Shown here: in pieces, positions 36,157 to 45,918 of the stretch
How positions within the stretch are numbered: the first letter of the stretch is position 1
Layout: every line of letters begins with the position of its first letter
Source of the DNA: Verrucomicrobiia bacterium
GTDB lineage: Bacteria > Verrucomicrobiota > Verrucomicrobiia > Limisphaerales > UBA11358
Direction: 5' to 3'
Assembly: GCA_031290985.1 (NCBI GenBank)
Contig: JARLJW010000085.1
Coordinates: 42,766 to 106,765 of the forward strand
Length of the DNA: 64,000 bases
Position numbers and translations under genes: made by a program
Notes under the pieces: model-generated
The model's database searches: none
Told to the model about the DNA's origin: nothing
What the model saw: the letters and a program-made list of their open reading frames with translations, nothing else

Positions 36157-38400
36157 TCAGGGAATTGCCGCCCGATAAAACCGCCGAACCACATTCGTCG
36201 CCGTCCCATCCCGGAATGTCGCCACCCCGTTGTTCCCCGTAAAATTCGTCAGCGTGGCCCAGTTCAGCAGGTTCGTTGAATATTCGATGTGCCCGGTCAA
36301 CCCGGTCGACACCAGCAGGCTAAAATTCAACCCGTTGCTCACCAGCGGACTCGCCGTGCCGAAATTCAACTTCATCAGGAACGCGTTTGCGGAATAAAAA
36401 CTCAGGCTGTTCGTCGCCGAACTGTTCCCGCCCGCATCCACCGCGAACGCCCGCACCTTGTTCGTGCCCGCCACCAGCGGCAGCGTTGTGAACCAGTTCG
36501 TCCACCCGTTCGTCGTCGTCGCCGGACTCCAGCCCGCGCCATTTAACTGATACCACACGTTGCTCACCTGCCAGTTATCCGTTGCCGTGCCCTGCACTGT
36601 CGCCAGCGGTTTGCTGAAACCCTGACCCGCCGCCGGCGCGGTGAAGCTCAGCGTGGGCGGCGTCACATCGATGAAATTCGCCTGCAACGTCAGATTCGAT
36701 TGCATCGTGAAAATCAGGTTCGTCCGGCCACCCGTCACCCCGCCGGTCCAGTTTGTTGAAATCACCCAGTTCGTGAACGCAAAACCCGCCGCCGGCGTCG
36801 AGGTGATGCTGTAAGCCCGCCCGATCTCCAGCCAGGCATTGCTGTAATTCGCCGACACGCTTCCCCGGCCCGCCGTGCGCACCCCCAGCCGGTTCGTCAC
36901 CACGTATTGAAAACTCACCTGGTTGGTCCCGGAAACATTCCCGGCGGCGTCCAGCGCGCAGGCGGCAAATGTATTCGTCCCCGGCAGCAGGGCCAGCGCC
37001 GCCGACCAGCTTTTCGTGCCCGTGGCGTTCGTCCAATCGCCGCCGTTCAACTGGTATTGCACACCGGCCACTTGCACATTGTCCGTGGCGCTGCCCGTCA
37101 CCGTAAACACGAAATTGCTCCAGCGCTTGCCCGCCGTCAGGTTGCTGACCACCAGCCCTGGCCGGTTCGTATCCACAAAATTCGCGGTGAACGTCAGATT
37201 GGATGCCATCGTAAAATTCAAGGTCGCGACATTCGTCGTCACGCTCCCCGTCCAGCCCGTGAAACGGAAACCCGCCCCCGGCGTGGCTGTCACACTGTAG
37301 CTTCGGCCCAGTTCCAACGACTGCCCGAGGTAATTCGGTGCCAGCGTTCCAGAACCGTTGGTCGAAAAAGCAACCGGCGCCAGCACCACGTAATACACAC
37401 TCGCATTCGTCACCGCGGAAACGTTCCCGCTCGCATCGGCGGCATAGGCCTGGATGATGTTCGTCCCCGCCGCCAGCGTCACGCTGGCCGACCAGTTGGT
37501 GAAACCGTTCCCCGACGTTGCCAACACCCAGCCCTGCCCCGCCACCTGGCAATAGACCGCCGCCACCCCCACATCATCATCCGCCTTTCCGGTCACCGTA
37601 AAAACCGCGTTGCTCCACCTTTGCCCCGCCGCCGGTGCCGTGATCACCGCATGCGGCTGCGTGTTGTCCGACGCCGTGAACGTGCCGACCTGATACCCGC
37701 TGTTCGTCGTCGCCTGCGAAATTGCAAACAGCCCGCTTAATGCCGTCGCAAAACTCACATACAACGTGTTCTTGCCCGTCACGCTGTCATTCAAATACAC
37801 CGCCATTGTGCTGCGGTTGAGCAGCGCATTGGAATACGTCCCCGAGCTGCTCCCCACCGCGCCGCCGCCCGCGATCACATAGGTGTTCCCGTTCGTCGCG
37901 AACGTCATCGTGAAAGTCCCGCTTGCCGCAAACGGCGCCAGCCCGTCCTGCACCGCACCCGCAACGACCTTGCCCGCAAACGACCCCGGTGCCGACCCCA
38001 GCGCGCTCGCGAACGTCCCGCCTTGCGAATATCCCGGTGGAAACGTGCTTGCCAGGCTGTAAGTTCCTTGATTCGCCCCCGTGTTGACCAGGTTTACCGT
38101 CGCCTGGAGTCCGTTCACCGTGTCATTCAATTTCACCTGCCCGTTGTTCGCGCTCACCACGGAATAAGCATAAGTGCCCACATCATCCAGCCCGTTGTAA
38201 ATCCCGATCAGCGAGTAGGCATTGCCCGCGGTCGCCGGGACAAAAAGGTTATAACCAAAGCCGGGCAATGGCGACGTCCCGCTGGTCACCTTGATGAGAA
38301 CTCCGTCACCGGAAATCGTGCCGGGAGCCTGCGCCTCAACCGTCGACGCCGCCCCCAATGCCACGGCCAAGCCGACGGCAATGCTCCAAATCAGTTTCAT
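36157..38400 (-). CDS. Secreted modular protein: Gly/Thr-rich N-domain, three Ig-like modules, two InlB-B-repeat-like modules, C-terminal ...RRFYR module
   Basis: GGAGGA lies 7 nt upstream of the ATG at 38400. Signal peptide MKLIWSIAVGLAVALGAASTVEA. Internal repeats RWSN.VFTVTG.A.D.V.VA.V.YQ..G..W and G.GFxFTGW.... Confidence 0.88.
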   Translation of the reverse strand: MKLIWSIAVGLAVALGAASTVEAQAPGTISGDGVLIKVTSGTSPLPGFGYNLFVPATAGNAYSLIGIYNGLDDVGTYAYSVVSANNGQVKLNDTVNGLQATVNLVNTGANQGTYSLASTFPPGYSQGGTFASALGSAPGSFAGKVVAGAVQDGLAPFAASGTFTMTFATNGNTYVIAGGGAVGSSSGTYSNALLNRSTMAVYLNDSVTGKNTLYVSFATALSGLFAISQATTNSGYQVGTFTASDNTQPHAVITAPAAGQRWSNAVFTVTGKADDDVGVAAVYCQVAGQGWVLATSGNGFTNWSASVTLAAGTNIIQAYAADASGNVSAVTNASVYYVVLAPVAFSTNGSGTLAPNYLGQSLELGRSYSVTATPGAGFRFTGWTGSVTTNVATLNFTMASNLTFTANFVDTNRPGLVVSNLTAGKRWSNFVFTVTGSATDNVQVAGVQYQLNGGDWTNATGTKSWSAALALLPGTNTFAACALDAAGNVSGTNQVSFQYVVTNRLGVRTAGRGSVSANYSNAWLEIGRAYSITSTPAAGFAFTNWVISTNWTGGVTGGRTNLIFTMQSNLTLQANFIDVTPPTLSFTAPAAGQGFSKPLATVQGTATDNWQVSNVWYQLNGAGWSPATTTNGWTNWFTTLPLVAGTNKVRAFAVDAGGNSSATNSLSFYSANAFLMKLNFGTASPLVSNGLNFSLLVSTGLTGHIEYSTNLLNWATLTNFTGNNGVATFRDGTATNVVRRFYRAAIP

Positions 38401-38589
38401 AATCGCTTCCTCCACGAAAAACCAAAAAACGCCGCGCGTGTGTTAACAAACCCCGCCACACCCGTCGAACAGATTTTCGCCCAGCCCGCAGAACCGCGGA
38501 CGTGAGGCGGTGTCAATCCTTCCGCATATCAACCCGCGCCCGCAAACCGCACCCCCAGGGCAAACACCGCCGCGCAGCAAACTCACTTG

Positions 38590-38609
38590 CGCACATTATC
38601 TTATGTGCG
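38590..38609. promoter_or_regulatory. Inverted repeat CGCACAT-N6-ATGTGCG, a candidate operator upstream of the GH42 gene
   Basis: Read directly. About 55-70 bp upstream of the candidate start codons. Confidence 0.2.
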
Positions 38610-38662
38610 AACGTTGATTGCGATTTTCGTTGCACGGACGGCGGTTTGGTTTTAGTGTCGGT

Positions 38663-40756
38663 ATGAAACCCGGAGTTGCTATGTATTTTGGCGTTGATTA
38701 CTACCCCGAAGAATGGGTCTTTCCCCACGGCGGCACCGCCGACAAACCCGAATCACAATGGGTGCAGGACGCCCAACTGATGCACGCGGCCGGCTTCAAT
38801 GTGGCGCGCATTGCGGAATTCACCTGGGGGCTCTGTGAACCCACGGAAGGCAACTACGACTTTGGCTGGCTGCAGCGCGCAATGGACATCCTGGGCGATC
38901 ACGGCATCAAGACCGTGCTCGGCACCCCCACCGCCGCCCCGCCGATCTGGCTGGCAAAAAAGCATCCGGAAATCCTGCCGGTGGATGAATTTGGCCGCGT
39001 GAAGCGCGAAGGCACGCGCCGGGCGGTCTGCTTCAACAATGACACTTTCTGGAACGCCTCCAAACGGATCGTGGAAGCGATGGCGAAGACGCTGGGCAAA
39101 CATGAACACCTCATCGCCTGGCAGGTGGACAGCGGCCTGGGCGGGCACCAGACGGAATGGTCGTTCAACGAGGATTCCCGCCTCGAGTGGCAAAACTGGC
39201 TGAAGCTGAAATATGAGACCGTGGCGAACCTGAACAACCGGCTCGGCCTGCGGCACTGGGGGCAGACGGTGACGAATTTCGACGAGGTGCCGATGCCGCG
39301 CCACTCGCCCGCGGCGCACAATCCGGCGTTGGTGCTGGATTGGAACCGTTTTTGCAGCGACACGATCGTGGCCTACGCGCGGATGCAGGTGGACGTGTTG
39401 CACGAGCTTTCCCCCGACCGCCCGGTGACCACGAACCTGCGGGCGCTCCAGCGGAAGTTCGATCACTTCGACATGGCGGATGCGCTGGATTTCGTCTCGG
39501 TGGAAAGCAACGCCGCGATCAAGTCGAAGTGCGCCGAACTGGCCTGCGACATCGACATGCTGCGTTCGCTGAAGAAGAGTGGCATCAAGACGCCGGATGG
39601 CGACGATGGTTTCTGGGTCATCGAACAAAAGGCCGGGCAGGTGAACTGGCAGGATGTGAACCCGCTGGTGCGCCCGGGCATCATCCGGCTGTTCACCTAC
39701 CAACTGGTTTCGCGCGGGGCGTGCGGGATTTTGTATTATCGCTGGCGCCAGCCGCGCATTGGCGGCGAGAAATTTTATGGCGCGGTTCTGCCGCACCATC
39801 TGGAAGGCAGCCGCCGCACCTACAATGAGATTTCGCAGATCGGCGAAGAATTAAAAATGCTCTCCCCGGCGTTGAAGGACACGAAAGTTTCCTCCGAGGC
39901 CTGCATCCTGTATTCGCACGACAACGACTGGGCGCTGCAGCAGCCGCACCAGCCCAATAAATTCTTCAACCTGCGCGAACACATCCAGCTCATCTATAAC
40001 GCGCTGCACGACCGCAACATCGCGGTGGATTTTGCGCGGCCGAACGAGGACCTCTCAAAGTACAAGATCGTGTTTGCGCCGTCGCTGCATCTGCTGACGG
40101 GCGGCGAGGCGGACCGACTGAAGCTGTACGTGCAAAACGGCGGCACGCTCGTGGCCACGTTCAACACGGGGCTGGTGGATGAAAACAACATGGCGACGGA
40201 TTCCGGTTTTCCGCATGACCTGACGGACTTGTTCGGCCTGGAGGTGCTGGAATTCGACGTGCTGGCGCCGAGCGAGGAAAACCATCTCACGTTCAAGGGC
40301 GTGTTCCCGACCAGCCATCTGCACACCGCCAAGCTGTGGTGCGACATCATCGAGCCGAAGGGCTGCCAGATTCTGGCGAACTACGCGAAGGACTTTTACG
40401 CCGGCAAACCGGCGATGACCATGAACACTTTCGGGCTGGGCAAGGCCGTCTATGTCGGCACGCAAAGCCACCAGCATTTCTACCATGACCTTGTGTTGTG
40501 GCTGCGCCAGACGGTGGGGCTGCAACCCCTGTTGAAGGTGCCGGAAAACATCGAGGTTTCCATGCGGCAAAAGGACGGCTCCCGCATCTACATCCTGCTC
40601 AACCACCAGAATTCGCCGGTACGCATCCAGTTCTACAAACCGATGCATGACTTTCTGACGGGCAACAACATCGTGGGCAACTACGACCTGCCGCCGTACG
40701 GCGTGCTGGTGATCGACGAGCATCCGGAGGCGAAATCAACTGGCGCGGCGGCCTGA
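38663..40756 (+). CDS. Beta-galactosidase, glycoside hydrolase family 42
   Basis: MYFGVDYYPEEW N-terminus, catalytic-domain blocks (WQVDSGLGGH, FWVIEQKAGQVNW), trimerisation and C-terminal domains. The start is ATG 38663 or ATG 38681. Confidence 0.93.
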   Translation: MKPGVAMYFGVDYYPEEWVFPHGGTADKPESQWVQDAQLMHAAGFNVARIAEFTWGLCEPTEGNYDFGWLQRAMDILGDHGIKTVLGTPTAAPPIWLAKKHPEILPVDEFGRVKREGTRRAVCFNNDTFWNASKRIVEAMAKTLGKHEHLIAWQVDSGLGGHQTEWSFNEDSRLEWQNWLKLKYETVANLNNRLGLRHWGQTVTNFDEVPMPRHSPAAHNPALVLDWNRFCSDTIVAYARMQVDVLHELSPDRPVTTNLRALQRKFDHFDMADALDFVSVESNAAIKSKCAELACDIDMLRSLKKSGIKTPDGDDGFWVIEQKAGQVNWQDVNPLVRPGIIRLFTYQLVSRGACGILYYRWRQPRIGGEKFYGAVLPHHLEGSRRTYNEISQIGEELKMLSPALKDTKVSSEACILYSHDNDWALQQPHQPNKFFNLREHIQLIYNALHDRNIAVDFARPNEDLSKYKIVFAPSLHLLTGGEADRLKLYVQNGGTLVATFNTGLVDENNMATDSGFPHDLTDLFGLEVLEFDVLAPSEENHLTFKGVFPTSHLHTAKLWCDIIEPKGCQILANYAKDFYAGKPAMTMNTFGLGKAVYVGTQSHQHFYHDLVLWLRQTVGLQPLLKVPENIEVSMRQKDGSRIYILLNHQNSPVRIQFYKPMHDFLTGNNIVGNYDLPPYGVLVIDEHPEAKSTGAAA

Positions 40757-40776
40757 TTTTTTGTTTCCTCTGCGCG

Positions 40777-41931
40777 GTGAATTATTTGAATTTAATCCTT
40801 GGCGCCCTGGCCACCCTGGGTTGCGGCCTGGCGCTCTGGCAATGGCTGGCGGCCCGAAGATTTCCCCTGCATGTAAAAACCGCGGATCCGCGCTTCACGC
40901 CGGCGGTCTCCATCCTCAAGCCGCTCAAGGGCTGTGACGACGCCACCCGCGAATCCCTGCAAAGCTGGCTGCACCAGAACTACGACGGACCGGTCGAGAT
41001 CCTTTTCGGGGTCGCCGATGCGGGCGATCCGGTCTGCCAGATCGTGAACCGGCTGATCGCCGAGAACCCGACAGTGGATGCCCGGCTCATCATCTGCGAA
41101 ACGTTCACGGGGATGAACGCCAAGGCGGCCAAGCTGGCGCAGCTGGAAAAGCTGGCGCAGCATGAACTGGTGGTCATCTGCGATGCTGACGTGCGGGTGC
41201 CGTCGGATTTTCTCGCCTGCTTTGTGGCGCCGCTCCGGGACGAAAAGACCGGGCTGGTGAATTGTTTTTACCGGCTGGCCAACCCGGTCACGATGGCGAT
41301 GCGCTGGGAGGCCATCGCGATCAATGCGGATTTCTGGAGCCAGGTTTTGCAGTCACAGATGCTCAAGCCGCTGGACTTCGCGCTGGGCGCGGCGATTCTC
41401 GTCCGGCGCAAGGCATTGGCGGAAATCGGCGGCTACGCGGCGATTGCGGACTGCCTGGCGGACGACTATCAACTGGGCAACCGGATTGCACAGCAGGGCC
41501 ATCGCATTGCGCTCTCGCCCGTGGTGGTGGAGTGCTGGGACGCGCCAATGACCTGGGCGCAGGTCTGGCGGCATCAGCTCCGCTGGGCGCGCACCATCCG
41601 TGCCTGCCAGCCCCTGCCCTATTTCTTCAGCCTGCTGTCGAACGCCTCGTTTTGGGCGCTGGTATGGCTGCCGGTGGCGTTCGCGGCGACGAAAACATTT
41701 TGCGCGCCGCTGGCGGCCCTGGTCTTTTTGCTCGTGAGAATCGTGCAAGCCCAGGCGCTCCAACGCCGGTTCACGCCGGAACGCCAATTGAATTCCCCCG
41801 CGTGGCTGGTGCCGGTGAAGGATTTGCTGCAGGCGGCGTTGTGGGTTTCAGCCTTTGCCGGGAACACGGTGGAATGGCGCGGCCGGAAAATGAAACTGCG
41901 CCGGGACGGGGCGCTGGTGGAAAAAAAGTGA
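40777..41931 (+). CDS. GT21-type glycosyltransferase (ceramide glucosyltransferase / HpnI-like)
   Basis: VSILKPLKGCDD, NPTVDARLII, CDADVRVP and a (Q/R)xxRW-type HQLRWARTIR, collinear with eukaryotic UGCG motifs. GTG start. Confidence 0.88.
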   Translation: MNYLNLILGALATLGCGLALWQWLAARRFPLHVKTADPRFTPAVSILKPLKGCDDATRESLQSWLHQNYDGPVEILFGVADAGDPVCQIVNRLIAENPTVDARLIICETFTGMNAKAAKLAQLEKLAQHELVVICDADVRVPSDFLACFVAPLRDEKTGLVNCFYRLANPVTMAMRWEAIAINADFWSQVLQSQMLKPLDFALGAAILVRRKALAEIGGYAAIADCLADDYQLGNRIAQQGHRIALSPVVVECWDAPMTWAQVWRHQLRWARTIRACQPLPYFFSLLSNASFWALVWLPVAFAATKTFCAPLAALVFLLVRIVQAQALQRRFTPERQLNSPAWLVPVKDLLQAALWVSAFAGNTVEWRGRKMKLRRDGALVEKK

Positions 41932-41933
41932 AA

Positions 41934-42010
41934 TGGTCGGAGCGACAGGAATCGAACCTGCGACGTCTTGGTCCCAAACCAAGTGCTCTACCAGGCTGAG
42001 CTACGCTCCG
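41934..42010 (-). tRNA. tRNA-Pro (anticodon TGG), CCA encoded
   Basis: Hand fold: acceptor cggagcg/cgctccg, D arm gctc-agcctggta-gagc, anticodon arm cttgg-ttTGGga-ccaag, T arm gcagg-ttcgatt-cctgt. Confidence 0.9.
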
Positions 42011-42106
42011 ACGCGGGGACATAATCCCATGAATTTCCCCTTCCGCAACGTATTTCCACCGGAAGTTCTCCTCGACGCTATGCCCCGCAAAGGCTATTAT
42101 TGAGTC

Positions 42107-43348
42107 ATGTCCACGGAAACTTCCGCGACGCAGAAAAAAATCAACCTCCGCCGGCCCGACATCATGGAAGCGGTGTCGGCCCAGGTGTTGTCGCATTATC
42201 GCAGCGAAATCGTCGAGAACATCCGCGCCAACGGCGGCGTGCTGTCGGCCGGCGGGCTGACGGTCAAGCTGGCCAAGGAATTCGGCTTTTGCTACGGCGT
42301 CGAACGCGCGATCGACCTGGCCTACGCGGCCAAGAAATATTTCGCGGAAACGTCGCCGCACACGCCCATTTATCTGCTGGGCGAAATCATCCACAACCCC
42401 GAGGTGAATGACCAGATCAGCAACCTCGGCATCCAGATCATCTCCCCCAAGCCGACGGATGACGAGCTGTCGCAGTTGAATTCCGGCGATGCGGTCATCA
42501 TCCCCGCCTTCGGCACGGAGGTCGGCACCCGCAAAAAGATCGAGGCCAAGGGCTGCATCATCGTGGACACGACCTGCGGCGACGTGATGAGCGTGTGGAA
42601 ACGCGTGCGCCAGTACTCCAAGGAAAACGTCACGAGCATCATCCACGGCAAGGCCAAGCACGAGGAGACCAAGGCCACGACCTCGCAGGCGCGCGCCTAT
42701 GGCAGCGGGCATTATCTTGTCGTCTTCAACCTCGCGGAGACGGATTACGTTTGTGATTACATCTTGAACGGCGGCGACAAGCACGTGTTCCTGGAAAAAT
42801 TCAAGGGCGCGCACTCGGATGGCTTCGACCCCGACCTGCATTTGCGCGCGGTCGGCGTGGCGAACCAGACGACCATGCTGCGCGGCGAGACGGAGGAGGT
42901 GCAGCGCCGCTTCAAGGCCGCCATGGAGAAGAAATACGGGCCGGCGGACATCGACCAGCATTTTCGTTTTTTCGACACGATCTGCGGCGCCACGCAGGAC
43001 CGGCAGGATGCCTTGCAGAAGATGCTGAAGCAGCCCATGAACCTGCTCATCGTCGTCGGCGGTTACAATTCATCCAACACCTCCCACCTCGCGGAAATGG
43101 GCGAGCAGGTGCTGCCGACCTACTTCATCAAAAACGCCAAAAAGATGGAGTCGGACAAGCTCATCGTGCATTACGACCAGCACAAGCGGCAGGAAGTGGA
43201 AGCCCGCAACTGGCTGCCCGGCGGCGACATCACCGTCGGCATCACCGCCGGTGCGAGCTGCCCGAACAACCTGATCGAGGACACGTTGCGCCGCCTGTTC
43301 GAACTGCGCGGCATCTCGGTCCAGGAATTGTTGCGGAAGAACAACTGA
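42107..43348 (+). CDS. ispH: 4-hydroxy-3-methylbut-2-enyl diphosphate reductase (long form)
   Basis: FGFCYGVERAI, conserved Cys ligands, HGKAKHEET, VVGGYNSSNTSHL. Confidence 0.95.
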   Translation: MSTETSATQKKINLRRPDIMEAVSAQVLSHYRSEIVENIRANGGVLSAGGLTVKLAKEFGFCYGVERAIDLAYAAKKYFAETSPHTPIYLLGEIIHNPEVNDQISNLGIQIISPKPTDDELSQLNSGDAVIIPAFGTEVGTRKKIEAKGCIIVDTTCGDVMSVWKRVRQYSKENVTSIIHGKAKHEETKATTSQARAYGSGHYLVVFNLAETDYVCDYILNGGDKHVFLEKFKGAHSDGFDPDLHLRAVGVANQTTMLRGETEEVQRRFKAAMEKKYGPADIDQHFRFFDTICGATQDRQDALQKMLKQPMNLLIVVGGYNSSNTSHLAEMGEQVLPTYFIKNAKKMESDKLIVHYDQHKRQEVEARNWLPGGDITVGITAGASCPNNLIEDTLRRLFELRGISVQELLRKNN

Positions 43349-43424
43349 GGCGGGGCCGCAAATTACGCCTTGGAGAGCAGCGCGCCTTGCTTCATCATCC
43401 GGGCAATTAAGGAAGCATCAAGCC

Positions 43425-44585
43425 ATGCCGCGTTACCGACAGGAACTGGAACAGATTGAACGCCAGACGCTCGCGCCGTTCGCCCAATACAGCGGCGACA
43501 CCCGGGGCCGGCAGCACCCGGAAGAACCGCCGCTCTGGCGCACGCAATTTCAGCGCGACCGCGACCGAGTGATCCATTCGCGCGCCTTCCGCCGCCTCGA
43601 ATACAAGACCCAGGTTTTCCTCAATGGCACCGGCGACCATCTCCGCACCCGGCTGACGCACACGATGGAAGTGGCCGCCATCTCGCGCAACATCGCGAGC
43701 GCGCTGCGGCTGAACACGGATCTGGCGGAGACCATCGCCCTCGCCCACGATCTCGGCCATTCACCATTTGGCCACAAGGGTGAAACGGTCCTGAACCAGC
43801 TCATGCGCGGTCACGGCGGTTTTGAACATAACCATCACAGCCTGCGCATCGTCGAGGCGTTGGAGCAAAAGTATCCCAACTTCTCCGGCTTGAATCTTTC
43901 GTGGGAGGTTCTCGAAGGACTGGCCAAGCATCAGACGGCATTCGACCGGCCGGGGGTGAAGAAAGGTTTCATCGCCAAACATCCGTCGCTCGAAGCCCAG
44001 ATTGCGAATCTCGCGGATGAGATCACGTATTACAGCCATGACCTCGACGACGGCCTTGATTCCGGGCTGCTTTCCGAGCAGGAACTGTGCAAACACGTCC
44101 GCATCTGGGCGCAGGCGGCGCAATCGGTGAAAAAAAAGCACGGCAAGCTGCCCGAGGAAAGCCGGCGCTATTTCATCATCCGCACCCTCATTGACATGCA
44201 GATCGGCGACGTGCTGGCGACGAGCGAACGGCTGATTACCAAGGCCAGGGTGCAATCCGCCGATGACGTGCGCCGGTTCGCCAAACCGCTGATCCAATAC
44301 AGCCCCGAGCGGCGCAAGCTGAACATTGAGCTGCGCAAGTATCTCTACAAAAATCTCTACTTCAACAAAGTCGTCAACGAGCCGCACATCCGCGCCAAGC
44401 AGTTGTTGCGGGATCTGTTCGGCTACTACCTGCAGCGGCCGAAGGAGATCGGCGACCAGGCGCGCAAACAGATCCGCAAGCTCGGGGTGCACCGCGCCAT
44501 CTGTGATTACATCGCCGGCATGACCGACCGCTATGCCATCGCCGAGCATAAGAAGCTCTTTGGCGACAAGCTCAAATTCGCGTGA
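43425..44585 (+). CDS. dGTPase-like HD-domain triphosphohydrolase
   Basis: FQRDRDRVIHSRAFRRLEYKTQV, RLTHTMEVA, AHDLGHSPFGH, DYIAGMTDRYA. Confidence 0.92.
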   Translation: MPRYRQELEQIERQTLAPFAQYSGDTRGRQHPEEPPLWRTQFQRDRDRVIHSRAFRRLEYKTQVFLNGTGDHLRTRLTHTMEVAAISRNIASALRLNTDLAETIALAHDLGHSPFGHKGETVLNQLMRGHGGFEHNHHSLRIVEALEQKYPNFSGLNLSWEVLEGLAKHQTAFDRPGVKKGFIAKHPSLEAQIANLADEITYYSHDLDDGLDSGLLSEQELCKHVRIWAQAAQSVKKKHGKLPEESRRYFIIRTLIDMQIGDVLATSERLITKARVQSADDVRRFAKPLIQYSPERRKLNIELRKYLYKNLYFNKVVNEPHIRAKQLLRDLFGYYLQRPKEIGDQARKQIRKLGVHRAICDYIAGMTDRYAIAEHKKLFGDKLKFA

Positions 44586-45099
44586 CCGTTTCGCCGGGCG
44601 GCAGTTCGGCAAGCAATTCCGCGACCGTCTTCCCCTGCCCCGGCAACACCAGGTCAGGGGCGATTTCGCTCAAGGGCTGCAACACAAACCGCCGCTGATG
44701 GGCGCGCGGATGGGGGAGAATCAATTGCGGGGAATTGCGGATTTCATTTCCAAACGCGATCAGATCCAGGTCCAGCGGACGCGGTTCGTTGAGCACCTTC
44801 TTGGGTGCGCGGCCGAAAGACTTTTCCAACGCCTGCAATTTTGCCAGCAGTGACTCGGGGGTTTCGTCGTGGTGCGGAAGCAAGCCGATGACGGCATTCA
44901 GAAACGGGGGTGAACCGGGCGGGCAATCCACCGGCGTCGTCTGCCACAGGGAAGATTTCAGGAGGGGCTGATCGGTGCAAAATTTGACGTGCGTTATCGC
45001 CGTCATAATGATTTCACAAGATCTGCCAAGATTGGAGCCGAGCGCAACGAAAGCATATGCCGGAAATTTCCGATTCTGGCCTATGGACTCCAAATTCAT
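44572..45099 (-). CDS. folK: 2-amino-4-hydroxy-6-hydroxymethyldihydropteridine diphosphokinase
   Basis: ALGSNLG, PFLNAV, RPLDLDLI, LPHPRAHQRRFVLQPL. Confidence 0.9.
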   Translation of the reverse strand: MNLESIGQNRKFPAYAFVALGSNLGRSCEIIMTAITHVKFCTDQPLLKSSLWQTTPVDCPPGSPPFLNAVIGLLPHHDETPESLLAKLQALEKSFGRAPKKVLNEPRPLDLDLIAFGNEIRNSPQLILPHPRAHQRRFVLQPLSEIAPDLVLPGQGKTVAELLAELPPGETVTRI

Positions 45100-45833
45100 T
45101 TCAAACCCAGCACGTCCTGCATGTCGTACAGGCCCGGCTTCTGGTTCACAACCCAGAGCGCAGCCCGCAGGGCGCCGTTGGCAAAGGTGTCGCGGCTGGA
45201 GGCCTTGTGCGTCAGCTCAACCCGCTCGCCGGTGTTCGCGAAAATGACGGTGTGATCACCCACCACATCGCCGCCGCGGATGGAATGGACGCCGATTTCC
45301 GATTGCGTGCGTTCACCGACGATGCCGTTGCGGCCATGGCGTGCGGCTTCGCTCAAATGCAGCTTGCGCACTTCGGCCAGGATTTCCGCCAGCGACTTGG
45401 CCGTCCCGCTGGGTGCGTCCTTCTTCAGACGATGATGCATCTCAACCACTTCGAGATCAAAATCCGGCCCAAGAATTTCCGCCGCCTTGCGGGTGAGCCA
45501 GAACAGCGTGTTGACGCCCGTGGAAAAATTGGAAGCCCAGACGATCGGGATCTTCGTCTTGTTTTTTTTGATCTCGAACGTGTCTGTGTCCGTATGGCCG
45601 GTGGTGCCGATGATCAGCGCCTTCTTGCGCTTCGCGCACAGTTTCGCGACCTCGACGGTCGCGGCATGGGCGCTGAAATCGATCACCACGTCGCACTTGC
45701 CGATGGCGGCGGCGAGGTCATCGCCCTTGTCGACCAGGGCGACCACTTGCAGGTTGGGGAATTTCCGGGCGCACGAAGTGAGCGCCTGGCCCATGCGGCC
45801 TTTGGAACCGGTGATGATGACTTTGGTGGTCAT
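45096..45833 (-). CDS. dapB: 4-hydroxy-tetrahydrodipicolinate reductase
   Basis: GSKGRMG, IDFS, EMHHRLKKDAPSGTA, SIRGGDVVGDHTV. Start moved to the ATG at 45833. Confidence 0.93.
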   Translation of the reverse strand: MTTKVIITGSKGRMGQALTSCARKFPNLQVVALVDKGDDLAAAIGKCDVVIDFSAHAATVEVAKLCAKRKKALIIGTTGHTDTDTFEIKKNKTKIPIVWASNFSTGVNTLFWLTRKAAEILGPDFDLEVVEMHHRLKKDAPSGTAKSLAEILAEVRKLHLSEAARHGRNGIVGERTQSEIGVHSIRGGDVVGDHTVIFANTGERVELTHKASSRDTFANGALRAALWVVNQKPGLYDMQDVLGLK

Positions 45834-45918
45834 GGTATGCGTCGCCACAGCATCACAGAGTCCACGGAGTAAACTCAATCTATTTCTCACTGGGCCCCGC
45901 CCGCTCATGGCAAAGGGC

